A stretch of DNA of 64,000 bases from Vicugna vicugna (GCA_013265495.1 MU058017.1:1-64000), one strand, 5' to 3'; numbered from the stretch's first letter, positions 12,965 through 26,964 are shown. Made by a program: numbers and translations. Notes: generated by a model from the sequence alone, not told the origin.

Positions 12965-13340
12965 GTGAGACTCGGTTTTTGTTAAGGTAACAAACATCCC
13001 CCAAGTTTCAATAGATCAACACCACAAAGGCTTATGTCTTGCTCATGATTCATGTCTAGGTGCACAGGCTGTGTCTCTGGTCCATGTTCACCTCTACCTG
13101 AAGACTCAGCATGACAGAACAACCAGAATCTGAGGCTGTGCCAAGAGCTACGGCTGAGGAAAAGGGAATGTGTCAGATCATCCACTCACTCATAGCTTCC
13201 ATGTGGAAGAGACCCATTAACATTTCACTGACCAAAGCAATTCACAGGGCCATGCCTAACTTCAAAGAGGGCAGGAAAGTTACACTCCTACAAAGTAACT
13301 AGAGGGAGAGGGAATTGAATATTTGTGGACAGCATTAATC
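12965..13340 (-). mobile_element. MLT1-type MaLR LTR (old)
   Basis: 'gtaacaaacatcccccaagtttcaa...aaaggcttatgtcttgctcatg' and 'acatttcactgaccaaagcaattcacagggccatgcctaacttcaaagagggcaggaa'. Confidence 0.7.
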
Positions 13341-14859
13341 GGGCAAAGAAAATTTGAGATTCCTATTCCTATTAAAGTTATACTTAAGAGTATTTATATT
13401 AATAGTTTTGAGCCTGACAGTTAAGTAAATAGTAAGGTAATTTGCTGTGAGTATAGGAGGTGAAGACAACATGGGGCCCCTGAGAGTATACAAAACATTT
13501 GGAACAGGTTGTCATATATAGGTAATTCAATACAGTGGTGATTTAAGAGAGAAAGGGGTTTTGAGCAGTATTGAAGCCCAGGTGAAGTTTGCTATATATT
13601 CATCATACATCTAATCATTGTGGGATAGTCTCTAGTAATGCTTCAAATCTCCAGACAAACAAAATATATTTAGCATTATAGGGTGACCAACAATAAAACC
13701 TACCACTAAACTAGAAGTAAAGGCCATGCCTGAATTTGGATTATTGTTCTAATTTGAGATGCATTTTATTTTATTCACACTGGCTCATACAATGTTTTGG
13801 ACAGTTCAACATCATTTATGCTACTTTGAATAAATCCAAATGTAATGGGCTGAAACCTATGAAGAAAAGACTTGCTTGTGGCTTGGCTAGATGACCTGTC
13901 CATGAAATGCTACTGACAAAGATATAATCCTTGGCCTCCAACAAGAATATTTAAAATATTTTTTATCTTAAAATGCATATGTGACAGTTTATATTGTTTC
14001 ACCTCAGAAGTTTATGAATGGTTTGGGAAATAAGTAATGATAAAAGAAATGATTATTTGCAGATTGAAGAGCAAAATATAAAAGATTTAAAAATTGGTAA
14101 TTACTTGTACCAAAGGTGACAAGAGATAATTAGATTTTGTGGAATAAAACTACCTACTCCTTTGAAACAGTGGATCAGGGACAGGGTCAAGGTCAATTCC
14201 AGACTCAAGAAGGGCTGCCCTAGTGATAGAAAGCTTTGGTAGAATTCTGAGAGGTTGACCGGTAAATGCAGGAAGAGTATACTGGCCAGTTGATGATAAA
14301 ACTAAACCCCAAACCTACAAAATGTTAACGGACAGCTGCTTAGCACTTCCCCTTCAGTGGTACCTTTGATGAGACCCACATGACTATATTAAGTGGGGGA
14401 GAGTACTTAAGGGTCCTAGTCCTGTAATACCACCAGCCTTGTCCACCCATCTGCAAACCTCAGCCTTATTACCTTCTCCTCAGTAAAACCACAAGTAAGG
14501 TAGAGGCAACTGAAAGAGTAACTGCCTTCATAAAAAGCTTTTAAGAGGGCTGTACAGGGAGTTTACAGCACTTCTACTGGAGGAACCTGTAAAAGCAGTT
14601 GACAGCCATCTTTACTGAAAGCTTTAGATTTCATTTCATAGATAGGCAGAGTTTATAAATCCTGTAAACTTTTGCTGAGTCCTGTTAGGGATAAGAACAA
14701 CATTAGTCACACACAGTATGCACAAAGCCAAATAACAAGTAGTTGCTGCCCTTACAAACCTTATGACATAGCAAATGTTAGAAGTAATTGTAGGAACAGC
14801 ATCTTAATGTGGCAGGGGCAGTCATTACTGGTGCTTATGGAGGTGGTACATCAGAAGCA

Positions 14860-17310
14860 GTTCATGTCTCTGACTGAATCCTGGGTTACCACAGCTCATG
14901 CCCAGATCTACACCAAGCAGCTGCTACAGTGCCTCTTGCTGTGGCACTACTCCACTCTGGGGTTAGGGAGCTGGTGTTGGGAGAGGACACACTTAGAACT
15001 GAACCACCTCAGACACAACCTTCAAGGCTTCTGTTCTAGCAACATGGGACCTGCCCCTACCCCTGGGTGGCACTGTTGCCACTGAGTAGTGTTGGCCACT
15101 GAGTATAAGCCTCAGTTCATACCTAGTCCAGTCTAGCTCCTCCATCTCCAGTCCCACCTCCTACCAAGATGATAGCTGACAGCACATTCTGGGGGAAGAC
15201 GTGACTTGAGCTCACATCACATCCTGCACTCCCACCAAAGCCACGGTGCATATGCAGACAGTATAGGGATGCTCCCACACAAAAACATGCCTTCTACACC
15301 AGAATAGGTAACTGTATCACCTAATTTCATAGAGACAGAGAAAGTTAAGCAAAATGAGAAGACAGAAGAATTTGTTTCAATTAAAAGAACAAGAGAAACT
15401 TCTTGAAAAAACAACTAATAAAACAGAAATAAACACTTTACCAGATAAAGAGTTCAAAGCATTAGTAATAAAAATTCCAACTGAATGAGGGAAAAGAATA
15501 GATGAGCACAGTGAGAATTTTAACTAGGATCTAGAACATATAAAAAAGAACCAGTCAGAACTGAAAAATTCAAAAATTGAAATGAAGAGCACACTATAAG
15601 GAATTAACAGTAGACTAGGTGATACAGAGGAATGCATAAGTAATCTGGAGGACAGAATAATGGAAATCATCCAATCAGAATAGTAAAAAGGAAAAAATTA
15701 AAAATAAGAACAGTTTAAAGGACCTGTGGGACAACATTAAGTATACCAACATCCATATGATAGGTGTCCCAGAAGGAGAAGAGAGAGAGAGAAAAGGGTC
15801 AAAAATGCATTTGAAGAAATTTTGGTGTAAAAATTCCTGAACCTGAAGAAGGAAAAAGATGTTCAGGTATAGGAAACACAGAGTTCCAAAAAATGAATAC
15901 AAACAGAATCACACAAAGACTTTATCATAATTGAAATGGCAAAAATTAAAGATACAGAGAGAATTCTAAAGACAGCGAAAGAAAAACAAAGAGTTGTGAT
16001 ACACAAGGGAACCCCCATAAGGCTATCTGCTGATTTTTCTGCAGAAACTTGCAGGCCAGAGGGAGTAGCATGACATATTTGAAGTGCTAAAAAGGAAACA
16101 CCTGCAACTTAGGCTACTCTATCCAGCAAGATTATCATTTAGAACTGAAGGACAGCTAAAGAACTTATCAGACAAGCAAAAATTAAAAGAGTTCACCAAT
16201 ACTAAATTGACCCTAAAAGAAATGTTAAAGGGTCTTCAATGAGTGGAAAAGAAAAGATTGCAATAAGAGATAAGTATTTAGAAAAATCCCAATAATAAAG
16301 GCAGATCTATAGTAAAGGCTGAAGATCAACCACATAAACAAGCAAGTACAAAGATGAAAAGACAAAAAAGTATAAAATCAACTATAACTGCAATAAACAG
16401 TGAAGGGATAAACGACATGAATATGAAAAATATGACATCAAAAACTCAAAATGTAGGGGAAAGAGTTAAAAGGTAGATTTTTAAAAGAATGTCTTTGAAC
16501 TTAAATGACTTACAGTTTAAAATAATAGATATTCTTATAGGTCAACATATAGGAACCCCATGGTAACCATAAATCAAAAACAAAAAACAGATTCACTAAA
16601 ACTAGAGAGAAAGGAACATAAGCATACCACTAAAGAAAATCATCAAACTACAGGAGGAAAAGAACAGAGAAGAGCTACAAAAACAACCAGAAAACTAGTA
16701 ACAAAATGATAGTAATGACATATCTATCAATAATCTCTTTAAATGTCAATGGAATAAATATTTCAATGAAAAGACATAGGATAGCTTATTGGATAAAGAA
16801 ACAAAACCCATTGATATGGTGCTTATAAGAAACTCACTTCAGAGCTAAAGATACACAAAGACTGAAAGCGAGAGTGTGGAAAAATATATTTTACACAAAT
16901 AGTAAGAACAAGAAAGCAGGGGTAGCAATACTCATATCAGACAAAATAGACTTTAAAACAAAGGCTATAACAAAAGCAGAAGACTATAACACTGAGGAAG
17001 CAAGGTGAAGATGACACAAAGAAATGAAAAGATATGCCATGTTAATCGACTGGAAGAAATACTGTTAAAATACCCATAGTATCCAAGGCAATCTACAGAT
17101 TTAATGCAATCTCTATCAAAATACCCATGACATTTTTTTTTTACAGAATTAGAACAAGTAATCCTAATATTTATATGTAACCACAAAAGACTCTGAATTG
17201 CTAAAGCAATCTTGAGGGGAAAAACAAAACAAAACAAAACTTAAGTTAGAGGTATCAGGCTATCTGACTTCAGATCATATTACAAAGCTACAGTAATCAA
17301 AACAAAACAG
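14860..17310 (+). mobile_element. LINE-1 host element, 5' part: 5' UTR, ORF1, ORF2 start, then post-RT ORF2 after an internal deletion
   Basis: ORF1 starts near 15354 ('aaaatgagaagacagaagaatttg') and includes 'aagggaacccccataaggctatctgctgatttttctgcagaaac'. Endonuclease GVAILISDKIDFKTK at about 16920-16963. Many stops and frameshifts. Confidence 0.9.
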
Positions 17311-19080
17311 AGAAAGCAACATGGATGCACCTGGAGACTCCCATTCTAAATGAAGTAATGCAGAAAGAGAAAGAAAAATATCATATGATATCACTTACAT
17401 GTGGAATCTGAAAGAGGACACAAATGAACTTATCTACAAAACAGAAACAGACTCACAGACATAGAGAATAAACTAATGGTTACCAGGGGGTAAAGTGGGT
17501 AGTAAGGGATAAACTGGGAATTAGAAATTTGCACCTCTTGGGGAATAATGGAAATGTTAGCTATCTTGATTGTGGTGGTGGTTTCACTGGTGTATACATT
17601 TAATAAAATTCATCAAATTGTACATCTGAAATATGTGTACGGGAATCATACCACTATAAAGGTGTTTGAAAAAACAAAAACAAAGCAATGGAGAAAAACA
17701 ATCTCTTCAGCAAGTGGTGTTGGGAAAACTGGATAGCCGCATGTAAATCAATGAAGTTAGAACATTCCCTCACACCTTACACAAAAATAAACTCAAAATG
17801 GCTTAAAGACTTAAATATAAGACATGACATGATAAACCTCCTAGAAGAAATCACAGGCAAAACATTCTCTGACATAAATCTTAGCAATGTTCTCCTAGGG
17901 TATTCTAAGCTGGCAATAGAACTAAAAGCAAACATTAACAAATGAGACCTAATTAAACTTAGAAGCTTTTGCACAACAAAGGAAATCATAAGTAAAACAA
18001 AATAACAATCTAAAGAATGGGAAAAAATATTTGCAAATGATGTGACTGATTTAAACAAAGGTTTAAATTCCAGAATATATAAACAGCTCATACAACTTAA
18101 CAAGAACACAAACAACCCAATACAAAAATGGGCAGATCTAAACAAGCAATTCTCCAATGAAGACATACAAATGGCCAATAGGCACATAAAGAAATGCTCA
18201 GTATTGCTAATTGTCAGAGAAATGCAAATCAAAACTACAATGAGGTATCGCCCCACATTCGTCGGAATGGCCATCATTAAAAAGTTCACAAACAATAAAT
18301 GCTGGAAAGGGTGTGGAGAAGAGGCAACCCTCCTACACTGCTGGTGGGAATGTAGTTTCTTGCAGCCACTATGGAAAACAGCATAGAGATTCCTCAAAAA
18401 GTAAAAATAGACTTACCATATGATCCAGCAATCCCACTCCTGGGCATGTATCTGGAGGGAACTCTAATTTGAAAAGATACATGCACCTCATTGTTCATAG
18501 CAGTACTATATTCAATACCCAAGACATGGGAACAACCTAAATGCCCATTGACAGATGACTGGATAAAGAAGTTATGGCATATTTATACAATGGAATACTA
18601 CTCAGCTATAAAAAATAATAAAATAATGCCATTTGCAGCAACATGGATGGATCTGGATATTGCCATTCTAAGTGACATAAGCCAGAAAGAGAAAGAAAAA
18701 TACCATATGATATCACTCATATGTGGAATCTAAAGAAAAAAAGAAGAAGACACAACTAAACTTATTTACAAAACAGAAACAGACTCACAGACATAGGAAA
18801 CAAACTTATGGTTACTGGGGGGAAGTGGGTGGGAAGGGATAAATTGAGAGATCAAGATTGTGAAAATATTAACTAATACATATAAAATAGATAAACAACA
18901 AACTTCTGCTGTATAGCACAGGGAACTATATTCAATATCTTATAATCTATAAAGAAAAAGAATATGAAAATATGTATGTATATGTATGACTGAAACATTA
19001 TGCTGTACATCAGAAATTGATGCACTGTAAACTGACTATACTTCAATTTAAAAAAAGAAAGAAAAAAGAACCCCCCGAAA
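17311..19080 (+). mobile_element. Younger composite LINE-1 insertion nested inside the host L1
   Basis: 17686-19050 runs from the ORF2 C-terminus ([19 protein letters not shown] zinc knuckle) through the 3' UTR to an A tail. It is preceded by a second 3' UTR piece (17315-17530) and an older L1 3'-end-like piece (17535-17685). Confidence 0.85.
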
Positions 19081-19084
19081 AAAT

Positions 19085-20628
19085 AAAAACCAGCATGGTA
19101 CTGGCACAAAACCAGACACATAGATCAAAAGGACAGAAAAGTGAGCCTAGAAATAAACCCATGCACCTATAGTCGATTAATCTATGACAAAGAAGGCAAG
19201 AAGAGATAATGGAGAAAAGACAGTCTCTTCATTAAGTGGTGCTGGGAAAACTGGACAGCTACACGTAAAAAAAAAAAAGAAATTAGAACATTTTCTCTAA
19301 TTTCATGCCATATACCAAAGTAAACTCAAAATGGATTAGACCTGCAGCCATAAAACTCCTGTAAGAGAATATGGGCAGTACACTCTTTGACATAAATTAC
19401 AGCAATATTTTTTGAAGCTGTCTTCTAATGCAAAAGAAACAAAAGCAAAAATAAACAAATGGGACCTAATTAAACTTAAGCACTTACACAGCAAAGGAAA
19501 CCAATGACAAAATGTAAAGACCACCTACTGAATGGGGGAAAATATATGCAAATGATATGACTGATAAGGGGTTAATATCCAAAATATATACATATCTCAT
19601 ACTAGTCAAGATAAAAAAAATGAGCAACCTGATTAAAAAATGGGCAGTAGAACTGAATAGACATTTTTCCAAAGAAGGTATACAGATGGCCAACAGGCAC
19701 ATGAAAAGAAGCTCAACGTTGAAAGTCATCAGAAAAATATAAATCAAAACCACAATGAGATATCTCACACCTGTAAAAATGGCTATCATCAAAAAGTCTA
19801 CAAATAGCAAATGTTGGTGAGGATATGGAGAAAAGCAGATTCTTACACACTGTTATTGGGAAGGTAAATTAATGTATTCACTAGGCAAAACAGTATGGAG
19901 GGCTCTCAAAAAGTTAAAAATAAAACTACCATATGCTTCAGCAATTCCACTCCTGGGAATATATTTGGAAAAAAATGAAAATATGAATTCAAAAAGATAC
20001 AAGCACCTCAATGTTCTTGGCAGCATTATTTACAATTGCCAAGATATGGAAGCAACCTAAGTGTCTATCAACAGATGAACAGGTAAAGAAGATGTTATAT
20101 ACATAAAGAAGATGTATACACACACACACACGCACGCACAAATTCACAATGGAATATTACTCAGCCATAAAAACGAACAAAACTCTGCTATCTGCAACAT
20201 GGTTGGATGTAAAGGGTATTATGTTTACTGAAATAAGTCAAAGAAAGACAAATACTCTATGTTATCACTTATATGTGGAATCTAAAAAAACAAAACAAAT
20301 GCATGAATATAACAAAATAGAAACAGACAGATATAGAGAACAAACTAATGGTTACCAGTGAGGAAATGGAAGTTGAGAGGGGCAAGATAAGGGTAGGGGA
20401 CTAAGAGATACAAACTACTATATATCAAATAAATAAGTAACAAGGATATATTGGCATATATATCCAATATACAGCATAGGGAAACCTAGCCATTATATTT
20501 TAATAACTTTAAATGGAGTATAACCTATAAAAATATTGAATCACTATGCTGTACACCTGAAACTAATATAATATTGTAAATCAAATATACTTCAATGGAT
20601 AAATAAATAAATGAATAAATAAATAAAT
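19085..20628 (+). mobile_element. LINE-1 host element, 3' part (ORF2 C-terminus, 3' UTR, (TAAA)n tail)
   Basis: Resumes 'cagcatggtactggcacaaaaccagacacatagatc', where the 5' part stopped ('gctacagtaatcaaaac'). Ends 'tacttcaatggataaataaataaatgaataaataaataaa'. Confidence 0.9.
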
Positions 20629-20639
20629 GTTCAGTTATA

Positions 20640-21600
20640 GAACTCTAAAGCTAGAAAGAACATACCAAGAGCAACAAGTAAGGGAGAAACAGTGCCATGA
20701 GTTTCAGATAAAGCAATTCTCACATTAGTTGGGTTGATGGGCAGGATTTCACCACATTAAAAAGAGGTGTTATTTAAGGCAAAAGAAATAGTTTGAACAG
20801 AGATGAAAGAGTATGAGGTAATTTCTGTAAACAGAATATACCAGTTTGGCCAGAGAAGCGTGTGCTACTGAACTACAGGGGATAAGGCTGAGAATGTTCT
20901 GAGGAGCTAGACTATGAAGAGTCCAGAATGCTAGGAGGTAGAGAATATGTTATCCTGAGTTGACAATGGGAAGACACTCAAGGTTTTAGAAATCTTCCAT
21001 GCCATGATCAAAACTGTGGGGAAGACATCACTCTAATTGTCATCCAGGTGGGTAAAGAATCGAAATCAAGGTAACTAATTAGGAGACTGTTTCAATAGTG
21101 CCAGGTAAGATATAAAGTCTCGAGTAATATGGTGACAGAGGAATAAAAGCAACACCCAGATGTGAGTAGCAAGACTTGGCAAGTGAGTTCATATGTAAAG
21201 AGGCGGAGCTAAATTTTACTTTGATGGATTGAGGTAAGTAGGAGCTTTCAATGGTGCTACTAGTAAAAACAGAAGAATGAAAAGAATAAAGGAGCAGGAA
21301 GTAGGAGACCCTAGCTGGTCTTTAATTCCAGATATACTGAGCAAGTCATTGAAATTCTGTGGGTCTTCTTGAACTTCTCCTCTAAATTAAGACAGTTGGG
21401 ATTATGGAGTAACTGCTAATAATCCATACAGCTCTATGAGTTGAAATTTTGAGGAGAAAGGATGAGTTCATTTTGAAGTATCTCGGTTTTGAGATACTTG
21501 TGGAGTATCCATCAGATGTGTCTAGGACGCAAATAAAACTTAAAATTTGGAATTAGAAAATACAGAAGTGTAGACTACTTGAGATGCACTCAAGACCATT
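20640..21600 (-). mobile_element. Degenerate LINE-2 fragment, with a MIR-like piece at about 21290-21440
   Basis: Purine-rich L2-antisense text ('gacaatgggaagacactcaaggtttt', 'aggagactgtttcaatagt', 'gagttcattttgaagtatctcggttttgagat'). Confidence 0.6.
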
Positions 21601-22561
21601 CAGATCCTATTTTAATTTGTGCAAAATACTGTGGAAAACTATCCTTTTGGCAGAAACTGTACTTTTGAGTTGTATCCAAAAGTGTATTTCTTTTGGAAAA
21701 AAATGATGCAAATGTGTTAAACCATGTTTGAGTTAGAAACAGGTGAAAAAGTATCTTTTACTATTGTTAAAGGATCTGAAATTCCTTTTGGTGCATTGCT
21801 TAGAGGGAGAGTTTAAAAGTCGAAACTTCACAGGTGTCAAGTTATCACTAAGGAATTTATTACTTATTAATAAAATCACTGTTACCATTGAAAACAATCT
21901 TGCACAGAAAGCAAGGTCATTTTTGTAAAACTGACTCAAATGGAACAATAGAACCTCAATTTCTTTGAACTCTACTGAGGTGAATGGATCAGCAGACAGG
22001 GAGGAGAAATAGAAGGGGCATGAATAGGGAAACATGATGGAACTGAGAAAATACATTCTTCCTTTTTACATTCCTCTGTGTTTATTAAAGAGGAAATAAA
22101 GAGCAATAAGTTAAACTTACTCGGTGTTTAGGTTCCAGACATAAATACAGGGAGGCCAAGAACTGCAAAAAATCAAGTTTTCTTTTCACCATGGTGCACA
22201 TTCCTCAGCAGTTCATTTAATAGTCTTTAGAGAATAGTGTAAACATCAGAAGCACAGATCTAGCACTTTTGTACTTTACTGTAATTGCATTTAGAAGTAT
22301 AATTTGTTTGTACACAAGCGTCCTTAGGTCAGTGTGTTAGTACATGGATTTGACTTAAAAGGTCCCATCTTTTGCAGATGTCATGATGGAGAAACCAGCT
22401 TCCTCTTCAAACTACCATGTATGTCAACAGTTCACATCACTTGCAGGGAGTGGGGAACAGTCCATCCAGATGGAGAGTTACGTAGATTCACAAGGTCTGT
22501 TTGTGTGTTCATCTAATGAGTTAGAATATCGTTTATATTTTACTTCTACCTCTTTTTAATA

Positions 22562-23083
22562 GCTGGGCAGCCTTTAAGAAGGTCCCCAAAGATCCTCACC
22601 TATTGGTATTCATGACCTTGTATAATTCCCTCTCCTTGAGGGCAGGCTGGCTACCATGTGTAACAAATAGAATATTGCAATAGTGATGAATGATTAGGTG
22701 ACAGTGAAAGACTGTGACTTCATTCTTGGGCATACACTCACCCCCTCCAACTCTATCAAAGATGCCAACTGCCATATTATGAGGTGTCCAAAGGAGAAGT
22801 CGGTGTGGCAATTATCTGTAGCCAACAGTTAGTGAGCACCTGATGCCTGCCAACACAGCCATGTGAGTGAGACTGGAAATGGATCCTCCCCTAGTGGAGC
22901 CCCAAAATGATGGCAGCTGCTGCTAACACCTTGGTTGCAGCCTCGTGAAAAGCCCTGGGCCAGAGGCACCCAGTTCAACCATGCCTGGAGTCCTGGTCTC
23001 CAGAAACTGACACGGTATATATGCATTATTTTAAACCACTAAGTTTTGGGATAATTTTTTACACAGAAATAAAACCCAATACG
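22562..23083 (+). mobile_element. MLT1E/F-like MaLR LTR
   Basis: 5' 'gggcagcctttaagaaggtccccaaagatcctcacctattggtattcatg'. 3' 'ttttaaaccactaagttttgggataattttttacacagaaataaaacccaatac'. Confidence 0.85.
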
Positions 23084-25452
23084 TGTTCTTGTTACAAAAG
23101 ACTGGTGAATTGACCAAGAAAAAGTAAGAGAGTGATTTTTTTTTTTAAAGTCAAATATGCTTCTGAAAGACCATATGGTTTATCCCAAGAACAGCAAGGA
23201 TTTGTAAAGACTCTATCTTAAGTGAAAAACAAGTTTAGTGATACAGATCTTTTCCTTTAGAGTGAACATTACGCCTTGTAGCAGTCAGATTTGATGCCTG
23301 TTCTAGCTCCTGGAGAGAGATCACTAGGAGCCTTGTAGGATCACCAGGAATAGTACATACCGTGCCATTTATTCTCCATCCTTTCCCTATTGTTTAAACA
23401 ATCTGAGTATATAAATATGACACTGTATACAAATTACTGATACTGTGTGTATTATTTATGTGCACCTGAATTCTCTTTGCTAGTGTTAAGGAGCTGATAT
23501 ACTATCAATCTATTATACTATATACTAATCTAGTATGTTCTCCTCAGCATGCCTCCTCTACTTTGATACCATATTCCTGATATAAGTCACCAACTGGTAA
23601 CACTGAATACCCAAGGCTTTGTAAATTTCAGTTTCAGTTTTATATTGATTTTTTTGTGCATCATATTTATACTTGAATCCTTCCCTTAAGGTAATTTTCT
23701 TCAGACTGCTCACTAGGTCTCCTCTGTAAGTCTTGGAATTATCATAATAATGGACCAACGGGTGGGACCCAGGCCTCAGATTCATAAAGGTATTTGAGAT
23801 TTAAACTTTTAGGTAATCTTCAAATGAACTTATAAATACACTCATCGTTCAACGTGGGGCTTGTGCTCATTACTGAGACTTATTTCCTGGAGCATACTAT
23901 GGATAAATATTTACCATAACATAATTTTCTTATGAGTATTGCAATTATACTACATAGCACTTTTGCATTAAAAGATTAAATATTTTTAAATATTCTATAA
24001 TTTTGAGAAGAATGTTTCAATATTTTCATTTTTAAATATACTGGAAGTCTCAGAAAAAGGGAATATCCTGGGCTATTTGATATCTGGTAGTCTGCAGACA
24101 GATCATGACAAATTCTTAAGTGTGATGCAGCATGTGCCCTTTCCTTGTTCTCTTTTGCCACTTTCAGAAAGAAAATAGGGGATAAAATTGGGGGGAAAAG
24201 AAACAGAGTAGCTAAAAGGGTGCTTGCTAAGTAACTATGTATCCACTTCCAATACTCTTAAGAGCTAAGGTAACCTGTTTATGAAGATTTTCTGAGTTTT
24301 TTTTCAAGAAAAAGCTTTATGAAGTCCTCAGCATTTTCTTGGTATCTCTCAGCTAGTCCTCCTTATACTGAATTATAATTTTAGGTGAAATTACTGATCC
24401 ACTTCACTGTCCCCTTTCCCATGTCAGACTCTGTACTCTTCAAGGCAAAAATGTGTGTCATCCTTGCTTATATCCGAGCCACTATCCCAACCACAATGCC
24501 TGGCATGAAGAAGGCACTCTAGACACCTGGGTTGAAGGGAAAAATATGAACAAAGAGGACTGTTCCTTCTTCTTTTTGTGTACTGGTATGTCAAAAGAAC
24601 TTAACATTCTGTATATGTTGATTTATACAATGTATCTACCAAACAATCTATTTCATGGCAGATACACTGGGTGTCTAGTACATCCATACACTGTGACAGG
24701 CAATGTATGAGTTACAGAAAGCCAGAAGATGAATGTTCTGTTTCCAAGGAGCTTGCCATTCCAATTAGTAACTCTGATATCCGAATTGAAAAAACAAGTT
24801 TTCTATTTGTCACTTAGGTACCTAATAGGCACCAGTATGACCAAGAAAACAATACTTACCGTATCCACTAGTGAAAGAGGCCCCTTCTACCCTTTTTAAC
24901 CAAAAACTTGCAGTGAATTTTCCATATGTGCTTCTTTTATTTTTCTCTTGGTACAGAGTTCCAGTAAACATACAAAACGTCTTTGAAGAAAAAAAAGGTA
25001 ACGAAATTTATGTAGAAATTTATTTAATCCTAAGTGATCAGAGACAAAAAACTCTTTCACCTAACTCAAACCACATAAAGGACTTTCAAAAACATTTGAG
25101 CATTCCTGGGCTCTGTTCCCTCCACATATTCTACTAGCCAGACAAGGAAGTACCTCGTTCCCTATGTGAAATCTCTTCTGTTGGACAATTAGTTCCAGGT
25201 CTTGGGATCTCATTTCCTAAGGGCCTGCCAGTGACCTTCTCTTAAAAACCATTAATTCTTGTGAGATGCTGGCCAGGTGAAGTTTGGTCTGGCTCCTGGA
25301 CAAGGGTGATCCTGGGCAGTCCTGTGAAGCCTAAAGCAGTATTACACATCGCCTTGCAGTCGGAACATTTTTGGCCCTCCAGTGACTGGCTCAGGGAGGT
25401 AAAAGGACTGGCTGAAGCATTGCTGTGTAAGTCGTAACTCTATAATCATAGT

Positions 25453-25488
25453 TGTGTGTGTGTGTGTGTGTGTGTATGTGTGTGTGTG
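25453..25488. repeat. (TG)n microsatellite
   Basis: Directly visible. Confidence 0.95.
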
Positions 25489-26619
25489 TTATTAAAGAAT
25501 TTGGCTTTGGGGTGGCAGGCAGCAGTGGTAAGCCCTTCCAGGGAGTTTTTATGACCCTTGCCAGGGTTATTTATACTCGATGAAATGGTTCCTTGAGCTC
25601 TGCTCACTGAATGGTCTCCCATCAATACACCCAAGCCCCATCTAAAATCAAATCAAACCACAACACCTATGTCTCTACCCTCTTTCCCTGAACAGCTTGT
25701 TTTATATGGTTACCTTGGAACTTCTCTGGCCTTCCCCTTAGAACAGATCAACACTTATTGACTAAGGCTGGTACTTTGTTCTAGGGAAAAGAAAAGGTCA
25801 AGAGAAGTGAGGAACATTTTCTTTTTGACTATCAGCTAAGGATCTCCATTTTACTTCACTTAATATATTACCTACCTATCTAACAAGGGAAAAACACACA
25901 TTCTGAAAGGTGTACATTGGTGATGCACTGGGCTGTGGCTTTCTGCTTTTTATTGGTGGAGTGGGAATTTAAAGGAGAAAGAGGGACTGAGATGGGAAGC
26001 AATGATGATAAATGAAATAAAGGAATAACTAACTTTAAGCACAACTTTAAGAAGTGTGCATCTCTGGCTTTTGTACATTTATTGGAAGGGAATATTTCCT
26101 GACTACTCTGGGTATGTGTGGCAGAGATATTATTTCATATTTCACACAGATGCTATATTTCATTTACTCAATCAGTCAGTTACTGTCCACTGAGTACACT
26201 CCAGAGAGGCACTGGAGGACTGGGTCCTTGTTTTCCCCCAGGACCAGATTTAGGTCCTCTGTGTGATAGATTTCCAAGTCCATCTCAGTGAACTCTGGCA
26301 TTACTGTGGGAGTGAGCTGGTCTCTTGGGTCTTCTCTTCACAGGAGTGGTTTAGAGTGGGACTCCTAGGCTACCCTGGAATGAAGTTCGTGCCTACAAAG
26401 AGTTCCAGGATTGTGGAGGCCTCAGTGGTCTCAGAGACATGCTGCATCCCTCACCATCTTTCTTTGTTTTAGGTCTCAGTCCAGGCAGGGATTCTGGGGA
26501 AGCCCATTTAAATGTCTTGATGAAACTCTTGAAATGCTTAATTTCTAGAGAAGAAGCACTTGCTTACTCTGTGACTTAGGCAGAAACTATAACTATCACT
26601 ATTACCACTGCTTGCTAAT

Positions 26620-26790
26620 AACATCTGTTCCATGCCATTTTTTAATGCATATGAATAATCTTCACAACCAAGATCAATGTTCTCATCTGTTTTAACGCTT
26701 TAGAAAATTGAGGCTCTAAGAAAGTTAGTAACTTTCCAAAGGTGTTAATTAGCTGCTAAGTGGTAGAATCAAAATTTGAACCCTCATCTT
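26620..26790 (-). mobile_element. MIR SINE
   Basis: 'agaaaattgaggctctaagaaagttagtaactttccaaaggt...gctaagtggtagaatcaaaatttgaaccc'. Confidence 0.7.
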
Positions 26791-26964
26791 CCCATGAGGG
26801 AAACTGATGTCAGTATTTTTTTTACTCTAAAGTTATAAATTATTCAATATATGAATTATTAACCTTTACAGTTTGCTTAATTAATAACTCACTTAGAATT
26901 TAAGATTTCATGTTTTTTATAATTTGAAATTTCTTAAATAAACATACATTTTGTATGTGGTCCA

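Noticed and set aside
14672..15085. 137-aa plus-strand ORF
   Set aside because: It has a TTG start and runs from unique DNA into the L1 5' UTR. No recognisable protein.
17777..18397. Longest ORF in the track (206 aa, minus strand)
   Set aside because: It is the antisense shadow of L1 ORF2. Near-identical peptides recur at 31232-31806 and 56140-56691.
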